A stretch of DNA of 64,000 nt from a virus: UHGV virus genome UHGV-1372088; one strand, given 5' to 3'. Below, one piece after another: positions 9,675-19,000 of this stretch. The first letter of the stretch is position 1. The number at the start of each line of letters is the position of its first letter. Both the position numbers and the translations under genes were made by a program. Below the pieces are notes generated by a model that was not told where the DNA came from, made no database searches, and saw nothing but the letters and a program-made list of their open reading frames with translations.

Positions 9675-10550
9675 ATGCCTCTGTGGAAAATTCAACAACT
9701 GATGCACGGCTTTACCGGCTATATGGATGTAGCAGGGAAAGAGGAGCTGCCTGGCGGCGCTGGCGCCGATAAAGCGGAAGTTACCCCTGTAGAGCCTGGC
9801 CAGAAGAGCACCGATCATGCCGGTGAATTTGATAGCCTGTCTCAAGAAGAACTCATTGCTCGCCTGAAAGAAGAGCGTAAAAACTCTGCGGATCTGCTGA
9901 AGGAAAGCATGAAGCGCAAAGGTAACGAGCAGACTCTGAAAGAGAAGCTGGCTCAGTTTGGCGATGTCGATCCTGAACGTGTGAAAACGCTACTTCAGGC
10001 GGAAGCAGAGTCTGAAAAACAGCGTAAGGCTTCTGAAGAAGCTGAGCTGTTACGTCGCGGTGAGTTTGACGCGGTCAAAAAGCAAATGGTTGAAGCGCAT
10101 GACGCGGAAGTCGCAGACCTGCGAGCTCAACTCGAACTGGCCCAAAACGAAGCCAATTCACTGAAGCGCGGCCTGATTGAGAAAACCGTCGGCACCTCTT
10201 TCGGTGAATCCAATTTCTTGCGCGAAAAGGTTCTGATGACCCCGGCTAAAGCGCGAGTGATTTACGGTAGCCACTTTGAAGTTAATGAAGACGGTCAGGT
10301 TGTCGGTTATGACAAACCTGCTGGCGCGAAAGACCGCACCATCCTCGTTGACGGAAGCGGCAACCCTCTGAGCTTTGAACTGGCTATCGAGCGCGTATTA
10401 CGTGCAGATCCAGAGGCTGACGCTCTGCTGCGTAGCGAAGCGAAGCCTGGCGTTGGCTCTCAGACCAAAGCCACCACCAAAGTCACAACCGAAGCGCCTA
10501 AATCAGCACTGGATAAGCTGGCAATGGGCTTGGGTAAATTAGGTAAGTAA
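9675..10550 (+). CDS. scaffolding protein (putative)
   Basis: Acidic, predicted coiled-coil protein between portal and capsid. Start at the ATG (9675) preceded by aaggaattgtt. Confidence 0.5.
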   Translation: MPLWKIQQLMHGFTGYMDVAGKEELPGGAGADKAEVTPVEPGQKSTDHAGEFDSLSQEELIARLKEERKNSADLLKESMKRKGNEQTLKEKLAQFGDVDPERVKTLLQAEAESEKQRKASEEAELLRRGEFDAVKKQMVEAHDAEVADLRAQLELAQNEANSLKRGLIEKTVGTSFGESNFLREKVLMTPAKARVIYGSHFEVNEDGQVVGYDKPAGAKDRTILVDGSGNPLSFELAIERVLRADPEADALLRSEAKPGVGSQTKATTKVTTEAPKSALDKLAMGLGKLGK

Positions 10551-10575
10551 TCTCTAAATATAAGGATATATTGAG

Positions 10576-11448
10576 ATGCCATTATTGCGGGAAGAAGCTG
10601 AAAAGCTGAGTAATAACGAACTTGAGCAGGGCGTTATCGAAACCATTATCGATCGCGAAGACCTGTTTGCGGTTCTGCCGTTCTTCAAAGTGAACAGCAA
10701 AGCCTATCTGTACAACCGTGAAGCAACCCTGTCCGAAGCCGGTTTCATCGACGTGAACGATGTGATCGCTGAAGGCGCAGCAACCTTCACCGAGCACACC
10801 GCGAAGCTGCGTATCATGGCTGGCGATGTGGACGTTGATAAGTTCCTGGCCTCCACTATGGCGGACACCAATAGCCAGATGGCTATTCAGATTTCTTCCA
10901 AAGTTAAAGGTCTGGCCCGCGCGTTCCGTCGTAACCTGATTCTGGGTGACGAAACCAAAGATCCGAAATCCTTCAATGGTATCGGCAAGCTGATGGCTGC
11001 TGACCAGGCGATCGCCGCCAATGCGTCCATGACCTTCTCCATGTTCGATGAACTGGTGGATGCGGTTAAAGACCTGGGCGCCGACTGTCTGATGATGCGC
11101 TCCGAGCACCTTCGTGCGTACCGCGCTCTGCTGCGTACCGTGAACGTCGGCCCGTCCGAAATCATGGTGGCCAACTTCGGTCGTCCGATGCTGACCCACA
11201 ACGGCGTTCCGATCATCATCAACGACTTCATCCCGGTTGTCGACGGCGCTGCTTCCATCTACGGTCTGCACATGTCCGAAGAGAACGGCCTGTCCGGTAT
11301 CTACGGCGGTGATAACGCTGGTATCGTTGTTGAGAATATCGGCACCGTTCAGAACAAAGACGCCATCCGTACCCGTGTTAAATGGTACTGCGGTCTGGTG
11401 AACAAGCACGACAAAGCGATCGCGGCGCTGACCGGCGTTAAGATTTAA
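10576..11448 (+). CDS. major capsid protein (putative)
   Basis: 290 aa at the position after scaffold, followed by a strong terminator. Confidence 0.6.
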   Translation: MPLLREEAEKLSNNELEQGVIETIIDREDLFAVLPFFKVNSKAYLYNREATLSEAGFIDVNDVIAEGAATFTEHTAKLRIMAGDVDVDKFLASTMADTNSQMAIQISSKVKGLARAFRRNLILGDETKDPKSFNGIGKLMAADQAIAANASMTFSMFDELVDAVKDLGADCLMMRSEHLRAYRALLRTVNVGPSEIMVANFGRPMLTHNGVPIIINDFIPVVDGAASIYGLHMSEENGLSGIYGGDNAGIVVENIGTVQNKDAIRTRVKWYCGLVNKHDKAIAALTGVKI

Positions 11449-11478
11449 TTGTCTGGTATGTAAATACATACATACCTA

Positions 11479-11513
11479 AAGGGGGTGGGCTTTCGCCCGC
11501 CCTTTTTTTTTTG
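11479..11513 (+). terminator. rho-independent terminator
   Basis: ggtgggc tttc gcccgcc followed by a T10 run. Confidence 0.75.
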
Positions 11514-11532
11514 AAGAAAACGGGAGAATCAA

Positions 11533-11976
11533 GTGCCAGAGCAAAAGATGCAGATCACGTCAGAACCTTTTGACGATTACACCGGGTCGATGTTTCGTAC
11601 ATCGTTCACCAACTCCATCTCAGACAGCCCAATGTCCGAGCGAGCCCAGGGCGCACTGAAGGCTTGTTTCAAGTCTAAGCCATACGTCGATGCAGCCGCT
11701 GTAATTCACGTCCAGAGCGTAACGGTTGCCCCGAAGACGGCGACTGTGGTGGTGGGTGATACGGTTCAGTTGGCAGGCTCTATTAAGCCTGATGACGCCA
11801 CCGACCGCTCTTACCATTGGGTTACTGAAGATTCCGGCATTGCGACCGTCGATGTGTCTGGCCTGGTGACGGGTATCGCTGAAGGCAGTGTGAAGATTCG
11901 TCTGGTAGCCAATGACGGCTCTGTATTCGGCGAAGCGGCTATCACCGTAAACAATCCAGAGACAGTCCAGGTTTAA
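11533..11976 (+). CDS. Ig-like (Big_2) domain protein, probable capsid decoration protein
   Basis: VTVAPKTATVVVGDTVQLAGSIKP...VTGIAEGSVKIRLVANDGS is a typical bacterial Ig-like group 2 domain. Confidence 0.55.
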   Translation: MPEQKMQITSEPFDDYTGSMFRTSFTNSISDSPMSERAQGALKACFKSKPYVDAAAVIHVQSVTVAPKTATVVVGDTVQLAGSIKPDDATDRSYHWVTEDSGIATVDVSGLVTGIAEGSVKIRLVANDGSVFGEAAITVNNPETVQV

Positions 11977-12017
11977 CCAAAAGGGCGTCATATGGCGCCC
12001 ATATTCAGGGATAGAAA

Positions 12018-12449
12018 ATGAAAAGTGCAAAAGTGAAGTTGCTGGAATCGACCTTTAAGGGATACACCGGTCTGCTTTGTGGCGTTCAGTTCGAAGATGG
12101 TGTTTCTGTCGAAGAGCTACCGTTTGTGGATCAGCAGCGTATCTGCGCGTCGATGCGTGCGGAAACCATCGAAGGGCGCAACGTGAGCGCGTCAGGGCAG
12201 TTCTCAGAGCGTCACAACGTCTCGCTTGAAGATGTGCTTGCCAACGAGCCCAAAGCGCCCGACGTCGCTCCTATGCAGCGTGGCGTGGTAGAGCCAGAAG
12301 TACCAAAGTTCACCCGCGAAGAGCTGGAGTCGCTGGCGGACGAGCAGGGGATCTCCGGTCTGCGTGTAGTCGGTAACCGCCTGGGCGTTAAAGCGAAGGG
12401 TATCGTTGAGATGATCGACGGCATCATGAAAGCACAAGGCGGCGTCTGA
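12018..12449 (+). CDS. hypothetical head-associated protein with a C-terminal HeH/Rho-N-like motif
   Basis: EELESLADEQGISGLRVVGNRLGVKAKGIVEMIDGIMKA resembles the HeH/LEM helix-extension-helix fold. Confidence 0.3.
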   Translation: MKSAKVKLLESTFKGYTGLLCGVQFEDGVSVEELPFVDQQRICASMRAETIEGRNVSASGQFSERHNVSLEDVLANEPKAPDVAPMQRGVVEPEVPKFTREELESLADEQGISGLRVVGNRLGVKAKGIVEMIDGIMKAQGGV

Positions 12450-13279
12450 TGGCTATGTTAGGGGCGTTCGAAAGCAACCAGACGGTCAATATGACCTTCT
12501 CTGTCGATATGCTGACGGTCGATACTCTGACCTACTCAGTGTTTGATAACGCAGGAAACACCTTGTTATCTGAACAACCCGCCACGCTGGATTCTGATTA
12601 CTCGGTTCAGGTGGCGATCCCGGCGGAAGTGAATCAAATCGGGGATGCGGACCGGGCATTACGTCGCGTGAAACTGAAGGCCACCACCGGAACCACTACG
12701 GTCGAGTTCGAAAATGTTTACGTCCTGTTGAACAACTTTGAACTGGCCGTTTTTGAGCAGTCCTTTGCCACGCTCGATGACGCGGCAATGTACGCTATCG
12801 ATATGGTTAAAGGTGATGTGATCCTGAATATGAGCCGGGTCCAGCTGCGTCGTTTGCTGATTGAAGCGACCGTCAGGCTGAAGCAGATGCCTTTCTCCAT
12901 CCGCCGCATCTTTGGCGTCGATTACGACGACTACGACCGACCGATGAACATGCTGAATGTTCATAACGTCTATTGGGGTCAGGAGGGCCAGTATCGTATG
13001 GACCTGATTGACTGGAGCAAAATGTCACCAGAGCTGTATGCAGGATTGCCGGATGATTTCAAGAAGACGTTGCTGGTGGCTACAGTCAACGAGGTTGCCG
13101 AGATTGCTTCAACCACCGATTCACAGTCCGCTCGTGATGAGGGCATCGTATCCGAGTCCATTGGGGAAACGACCATTGCTTATCGTCAGGGTAAGGCAGC
13201 GAATCTTACCGTCAATCGCACAACGTGGCGGCTGCTGGTGAAGTATCTCAATAACCGAACAGTTGTTCGTCGCTCGTAA
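12449..13279 (+). CDS. hypothetical structural protein (head-tail connector region)
   Basis: 276-aa ORF between head and tail genes. Confidence 0.3.
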   Translation: MAMLGAFESNQTVNMTFSVDMLTVDTLTYSVFDNAGNTLLSEQPATLDSDYSVQVAIPAEVNQIGDADRALRRVKLKATTGTTTVEFENVYVLLNNFELAVFEQSFATLDDAAMYAIDMVKGDVILNMSRVQLRRLLIEATVRLKQMPFSIRRIFGVDYDDYDRPMNMLNVHNVYWGQEGQYRMDLIDWSKMSPELYAGLPDDFKKTLLVATVNEVAEIASTTDSQSARDEGIVSESIGETTIAYRQGKAANLTVNRTTWRLLVKYLNNRTVVRRS

Positions 13280-13304
13280 TCGCAGGGAGGCGCAGGGAGG
13301 CGCA

Positions 13305-13652
13305 ATGAACGTAGCGTGGCAGTTGGAAGGCTCTCTTTACCGAAAGAGCAAAGAGCTGGATGTGTACGGGGAGTCGCAGTTGAGGTTTGTCGGCCGCATA
13401 AAGTTGGGCATGGTTCGTTTCGCCGATTCGGTCGAGAAGTCATCCGTCCGCGCGGATAGTTCGGCCAGCCGTGGAAAGGCGGAGCAGGAAGAGTTTGATG
13501 CGGTAATGGTCACGCCGCTCGAATCGAAGGTTCAGCAGGGCGACATTATGCTGGTGGATGGCGTGAAGCTGCGCGTCGACATGATCCACAAGCGATTCGG
13601 GTTACGAGGGAGGCCGGGTCATCTCGAAGTGGGAGCGTCAATATGGGTTTAG
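13305..13652 (+). CDS. hypothetical head-tail joining protein
   Basis: ATG at 13305 sits after the tandem duplicated gcagggaggc gcagggaggc (SD-like). The ORF-track start at 13263 overlaps the previous gene. Confidence 0.3.
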   Translation: MNVAWQLEGSLYRKSKELDVYGESQLRFVGRIKLGMVRFADSVEKSSVRADSSASRGKAEQEEFDAVMVTPLESKVQQGDIMLVDGVKLRVDMIHKRFGLRGRPGHLEVGASIWV

Positions 13653-14131
13653 AGTACAACGTAGGCAAGCTGGGCCGTCTGGCCGATCGCCTGACGAACT
13701 CCCAGAAAGCCTACAAGCGAAGCCTGATTAACGACATGACCAAGCTGGCCGTAACCGCGCAGAGGCTCGCAAGAGCCCTGGCGCCATACGAAACCGGATC
13801 GCTGGAGAACAGCATTTACGCGCGGGTTAACCGAAGCGACCTTGCCAGTCTGTCAATCGAGTTGGTTGTGATGAAAGACAGAGATAGGGTGGGTTCTCTA
13901 AATGGCGGCCGCCGGTACACTGGTGATGCAAAGGTCGGCGATTACGCAGAGTACATGGAGTCTGGCCGATACAGTCTGGGGGCTCGTTCCAGGCTTAAAC
14001 AGGGTGGGAATGCGCTTAGCAGGAAGGTTGGCCGACGTTTCATGGACAGGACTGCCGAGTTTATCCGAAATGAAATGAGGCGGATCATCGCCGACAGCGC
14101 ACAGAAGGCCGGCTTCGGCCGAAGGAGATAA
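13643..14131 (+). CDS. hypothetical head-tail joining / tail completion protein
   Basis: 162-aa ORF in the head-tail joining region. Confidence 0.3.
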   Translation: MGLEYNVGKLGRLADRLTNSQKAYKRSLINDMTKLAVTAQRLARALAPYETGSLENSIYARVNRSDLASLSIELVVMKDRDRVGSLNGGRRYTGDAKVGDYAEYMESGRYSLGARSRLKQGGNALSRKVGRRFMDRTAEFIRNEMRRIIADSAQKAGFGRRR

Positions 14132-14132
14132 C

Positions 14133-14507
14133 GTGATCATAGAACAGTTCGCGACATTGCTGGAAAAGAAGGGTGTTGGCAAGGTGGGAAAGACCATCTT
14201 CGCTAATGCGATGGGGGCGGAGGTAAAGTCTGGCGTCATGGTGGTGACTACAGGCATTGAGATTGATGGGGATCTGCACGACTTCTATCAGGACAATATG
14301 ATTGTGGTAGTCCGGGACGCCAGTATCGGCGCTGCAATGAAGCGAGCTGACCTGATTATGGCCGCTTTGCCGATGTGGGATGAGGAAGAGGCCGGTGTTC
14401 GTTTTCGTTACGTCAGGCCGCTGAATTTGCCGACTTTATTCCCAAGGAACGATGCATCTCTGTTTGAGGTGGGAATTTCCGTTGAGTTTGCCGCCCATTT
14501 GTTGTAA
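14133..14507 (+). CDS. hypothetical tail completion protein
   Basis: 124-aa ORF preceding the major tail protein. Confidence 0.3.
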   Translation: MIIEQFATLLEKKGVGKVGKTIFANAMGAEVKSGVMVVTTGIEIDGDLHDFYQDNMIVVVRDASIGAAMKRADLIMAALPMWDEEEAGVRFRYVRPLNLPTLFPRNDASLFEVGISVEFAAHLL

Positions 14508-14585
14508 TGGTTTTATAAGTATGTGTATACTTACCGTGCTTTAGATTAAGCACCCACAATTAAAGGTAAAAGGAGTTTACCGACA

Positions 14586-15077
14586 ATGGCTAATACCCAT
14601 GTAAAGAATATCAAGTTAGGCGCCTGTGCTGTTTCTTTCGGCGGCACCGATCTTGGCTACACCAAAGGCGGTGTTGAGGTAGAGATTTCCACCGAGACGC
14701 TGAAAGTCACCGTCGACCAGCAGGGCCAGACCACTCTGTCCGAGCTGGTTCAGGGTCGTAACGTCAAAGTTACCGTTCCGCTGGCCGAAAGCGTTCTGGA
14801 GAACATCGTCAACCTGATGCCTGGCTCTACCATTAGCACGGATAAGAAATCCATCTCCATCACCACCGCTCAGAGCGTGAATCTGATCGACGTGGCGCAG
14901 CAGCTGGTTCTTACCCCGCAGGATGGCACCGACTTCATTCTGACCCTGCCGAAAGCGGCCACCGCCGGCAACTTCACTATGGCGTATAAGTTCGATGACG
15001 TCCGCGTGTTCTCTGTCGAGTTCAATGCGTACCCGGATGACGCTGGTGTTTTGGGTAGCCTCACCAGCCCAAAGTAA
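14586..15077 (+). CDS. major tail (tube) protein, zero-frame product
   Basis: 163 aa preceding the chaperone and tape measure genes. Strong SD aaaggag. Ends at TAA directly after the slippery heptamer C_CCA_AAG. Confidence 0.6.
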   Translation: MANTHVKNIKLGACAVSFGGTDLGYTKGGVEVEISTETLKVTVDQQGQTTLSELVQGRNVKVTVPLAESVLENIVNLMPGSTISTDKKSISITTAQSVNLIDVAQQLVLTPQDGTDFILTLPKAATAGNFTMAYKFDDVRVFSVEFNAYPDDAGVLGSLTSPK

Positions 15078-15331
15078 GTGTGACGGGTGTGACTGTGGCG
15101 CCGGCAACTGCGTCGGTCAGGGTCGGTGCAACGACCACGCTGGCCAAAACAGTTTCCCCGTCTAACGCTGACGATCAAACCGGCACCTGGACATCCAGTA
15201 ACCCTGCCATCGCAACCGTTGATACCAAGGGCGTTGTGAGAGGGGTTGCCGCCGGTAATGCAACGGTGACGTTTGTTACGAAAGATGGTGGCTTCTCTGC
15301 CAAGTCTACCGTGACTGTGACGGCATCTTAA
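15059..15331 (+). CDS. -1 frameshift extension of the major tail protein, adding a C-terminal Big_2 Ig-like domain
   Basis: The -1 frame is open from 15059 (after the TAG at 15056-58). The heptamer C_CCA_AAG at 15068-15074 sits in the zero frame just before the stop. The extension contains VTVAPATASVRVGATTTLAKTVSP...ATVTFVTKDGG (Big_2). Confidence 0.6.
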   Translation, partial: PHQPKVSVTGVTVAPATASVRVGATTTLAKTVSPSNADDQTGTWTSSNPAIATVDTKGVVRGVAAGNATVTFVTKDGGFSAKSTVTVTAS

Positions 15332-15340
15332 TCAAATCAA

Positions 15341-15362
15341 GGCCCAGAAATGGGCCTCTTTA
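15341..15362 (+). terminator. hairpin ggccca gaaa tgggcc with a weak T tract
   Basis: Stem-loop immediately after the frameshift-product stop. Confidence 0.4.
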
Positions 15363-15375
15363 ACGAGATAAAAGT

Positions 15376-15693
15376 ATGGCTAAGTTACTAAATCTGGACA
15401 CGCTGGTTCCCGCCGTTAAGCAGGTTCAAATCGGCGGAAAGCAATATCCGATTGTAGAGATGAGTGTAGGTCTGTTCGCGGAAATTAAGCGCTTCGAAGG
15501 TAGCGAAATTGAATCCATGAGCATTGCTGATCAGGTTGCTGCGTATGCGGTTCTGGTTCAGAAGCTGATTCCCTCTCTGCCGCAGAATGTGTTGGACGAT
15601 CTCTCCGTTATCAACCTTCAGCAAATTTTCACCTTCGCACTGAACGTTGCGGATGAAACGAACGAAGCCGCCGCTGGCGACGAAGTAAAGTAG
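15376..15693 (+). CDS. tail assembly chaperone (lambda gpG-like)
   Basis: 105 aa between the major tail protein and the tape measure. Confidence 0.5.
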   Translation: MAKLLNLDTLVPAVKQVQIGGKQYPIVEMSVGLFAEIKRFEGSEIESMSIADQVAAYAVLVQKLIPSLPQNVLDDLSVINLQQIFTFALNVADETNEAAAGDEVK

Positions 15694-15716
15694 AAACCCG
15701 CGATGAATCCGATGAG

Positions 15717-16043
15717 GTGGTTTTGTCCATCGACTTCGGGTTCTATTTCAGTCGTGTAGCTGCTTATTACTCCTTGCCACCGAAACAACTACTGGAAATA
15801 CCGCTTGAGACATTCTGGATGATGAGTCGAAACATCGAACGAATCCAGTCAGAGCGCGACTTGAGAGATTTTCAGGTCGCCAGGGTCGCTCAGGCCGGTG
15901 TTGAAGATGCTAAGGCGTTCATGGAGGGTTTGCAGCTAAGGATTGGAAGACCTGTCATCACTGATAGGGTGTACAACCCAGAACGAGTCAAAGCAGACCC
16001 TGACGCCAAAGCGCAATTAATGGCAGTCTTTGGAAAAGGATAG
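15717..16043 (+). CDS. tail assembly chaperone T-like ORF (in the -1 frame relative to the G-like ORF)
   Basis: Frame relationship typical of gpG/gpGT. The -1 frame is open from 15657. No canonical X_XXY_YYZ heptamer was found in 15657-15690. Confidence 0.4.
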   Translation: MVLSIDFGFYFSRVAAYYSLPPKQLLEIPLETFWMMSRNIERIQSERDLRDFQVARVAQAGVEDAKAFMEGLQLRIGRPVITDRVYNPERVKADPDAKAQLMAVFGKG

Positions 16044-16046
16044 GGA

Positions 16047-19000
16047 ATGTCCGACAATATCGTAGATTTTAAGCTGATCCTCAATGATAAGGAGTTCGAG
16101 GTATCAGCTAAAAATGCCGGGAAGTTACTCAAACAGCTGAGTGTGGATGCGGGTTTAGCGTCCAAGAAAATCTCCAACCTTGATGTTTCTGTCAACTCTC
16201 TGACGCGAAACATCAAAATCTTCACCGTAGCAGTGGGTAAAGCGGCCTCGGAACTCCAGGATTTGGGAGTCGGGGCCGAACTCGCTGGCAATGCGCTTCG
16301 TGATATTCGTACTCACATTGCCGCAATCAGTCGCAGCTTAACAGTATTCAACGACCGCGTTGGCAAAACCACAACCGCACTGAAAGGTATGGCGAGTGAG
16401 CTGCGCAAGGTTCAGTCTGAACTTTCCGACTTCAGTGATTATGCCAACCACGCAGGCAAGTCTACGCGCGACCTGACCGCGAACGTAGACGATCTCAATA
16501 AGAAAGCCTCCACCACAAATCGTCGCTTAAACAATACGACAAAGGCACTGGCCGGCTGGAAGGACTCTGGTGACAAGGCGAAGGACGCGCTGAAAGAAAT
16601 CATCAGCCAGATGGATACGCTCATTGACCGTCAGAAAGAGCTGAAGGGTTTGGGACGTGCTGATGTTGGCGGGCCAGGTCGCGGCGGTAGTGGCGGTAGT
16701 GGCGGTCGTGGCGGTAGTGGCGGCGGTCGCCACCATAGCAGTTCTTTTGGCGGCGTAAGAGGGACCATCTTTGCTTTAGGCGAAGTGGGTGATGCAGCCC
16801 GAAACGTCAGAGATATGCTGTTTGGCTGGCAAGCGCCCATCATCGAGGCAGCAGCTGAAATGCAGAAGATGCAGATGCTTCTGCAAGGTATAAACAAGGA
16901 TGCAGCCGATCCATTTGCCGCAGCGGCGAAGGATATGGACTACATCATCGCCACCGCTAAAAGTGCGCCTTTTGCGATTGGCGAGTTGACGGGCTCATTC
17001 GTCAAATTCAAGTCGGCAGGATTAGATCCGACGAATGGCTCGTGGAAGACGCTGATCGACTCCGTTGCCCGATTCGGCGGCAGTAGTGAAACGCTTGACC
17101 GCGCAGCCGTCGCTATCCAGCAGATGGCAGGTAAAGGCGTCATCTCGATGGAAGAGCTGCGTCAGCAGCTGGGTGAGGCTGTTCCTACCGCAATGAAGGC
17201 GATGGCGGACGGCATGGGCGTTACTGTAGCCGAGCTTACAAAGCAGATCTCTACCGGCACAGTGAATGCTCAGGAAGGTTTGCGTCTCATGTTCGTTGGT
17301 ATGGATGCCATGAACCGTGGCGCCGCGAAGAGCATGATGGTCACCTACATTGGCGCCCTGGCTCAGATGAAGACCGCCTTCATTCAGTTCTCTAAGACGG
17401 TTGGCGATTCCGGCTATCTCGAAGCTATGTCAAAGAGTCTCAACGAGATCACCGCGTTGATGAATAGCACAGATGGCAGGATGTTTGCCGCGTCTCTGGG
17501 CCAAAACCTGGCGACCGCGATCACGTCTCTGACGTCTATGGCCAGGTGGCTTGTCCAGAATCGAGAGCTGATTATCAATCTCGGCGCAGCTATTGCGGCG
17601 TTCGTAGGCTTCAGGTTGCTTCGCTCTGGGATCTTGGAGGTGATTAGCGTCGGCAGCCAGATGGTGTCTGTGCTCGGTAAAAGCGTAACCGGATTACAGG
17701 CTCCATTTAATCTCCTGTCAGCCTCAGTGACCAGATTTAGTCGAGCGTCAAGGCTTGGACTTGGGACTATCCCAGCTCTCCTGTTCTCGATCAGGGGTGG
17801 TCTGACGGCAGTTAAGGTGGCGTTTGCTTCTCTGTCTGCGTTCATCGTCTCCAACCCGATTGGGGCCGCATTGCTTGCGATATCGACTGCCGTAGGCGTT
17901 ATCGTTTGGGCGATGGGGAAGCTGAGAGATAAGACCGCGCAGACCGTAGAAGAGCTCAAGAAGATGCCTGAGGCGATGACGCAGATCCAGCGCACTCAGA
18001 TTCTGCTCGATGTCAAGAAGCGAAACGCGGAGATTGAGCGTGACGAGAATCTTCTTCAGTCAATCAAATCAGGCAAGCTCTCGGCGGACGCTCTGCCGGC
18101 AGACATCGCAACGGGCAGACAGCTGACTGTTAAAGATGTCGAAAACAGAGTTAAAACAAACAAGGCGATAAATGGCGACTACACTGGCCTGGTCACGAAA
18201 AGCGACGAGATAAAGGCCAAGGAGACGGCATCAGGCGTAACTAAGGCGGTGTTCGAAGACATTGAGAAGCGGCTCAATGTCGGTATGGCTAAATTCGCGG
18301 CAGGTCAGATGCGAGAGAATGAGGCCAAAAGGATCGCTTTGGACGCCGACAAATCTCTCTCCAAGGAAGAGAAGGATAAGCGCCGGGATGAGATAAACCG
18401 CTCAGAGGCAAACGCTCAAGCCGACCTCTACAAGAAGGCCGCTGACGAGATGGAAGCGCGGGTTAAAAGTGTCGCCACACAGGTTAAAAACTTGGATGAG
18501 GCGCTGAGTAAACCTGGCCTGAGTGAAGATCAGAGAAAAATCCTGACCGCTCAAAAGTACGGTTACGCGAGCAACTATGAAGAGTCGAAGCAGCAGCTCG
18601 ACGACATGCGCAACAAGGAAAAAGATACCCGAAACAGTCGCCACGGTATCCCTGACGCCAGCGGCGAATATTCCAGCGCATCCGGGGCTAAAGCCGATCA
18701 CCAGGTTTACGTAGCCAGAGTTAAGAACGACTTCAAGAACGGCGCAACGAGCATCATCGGCGAAGATGGCCAGATCGCCAAGGATGTTTTGGGTAATGAC
18801 ATCGAGGGCATTAACCAGTTCAGAGCCAACGAGACTATCATCTCCAAATACGGCTCAAACGTAACCGGGGAACAGCGTAAGAAAGCCGAGGAAGCGTTGA
18901 CGGCTGCCATTTTGCGAGACACCCAGATCCGCACAAAGGCAGCCGAAACGGCAAGCAAGAAAGAAGAAAGTGCTAACAACAAGGCGCAAAAGGCGGCCGA

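Noticed and set aside
15657-15693. Canonical slippery heptamer for the G/T frameshift
   Set aside because: All zero-frame codon pairs in the only permissible window were inspected. None fits X_XXY_YYZ. Reported as unresolved rather than asserted.
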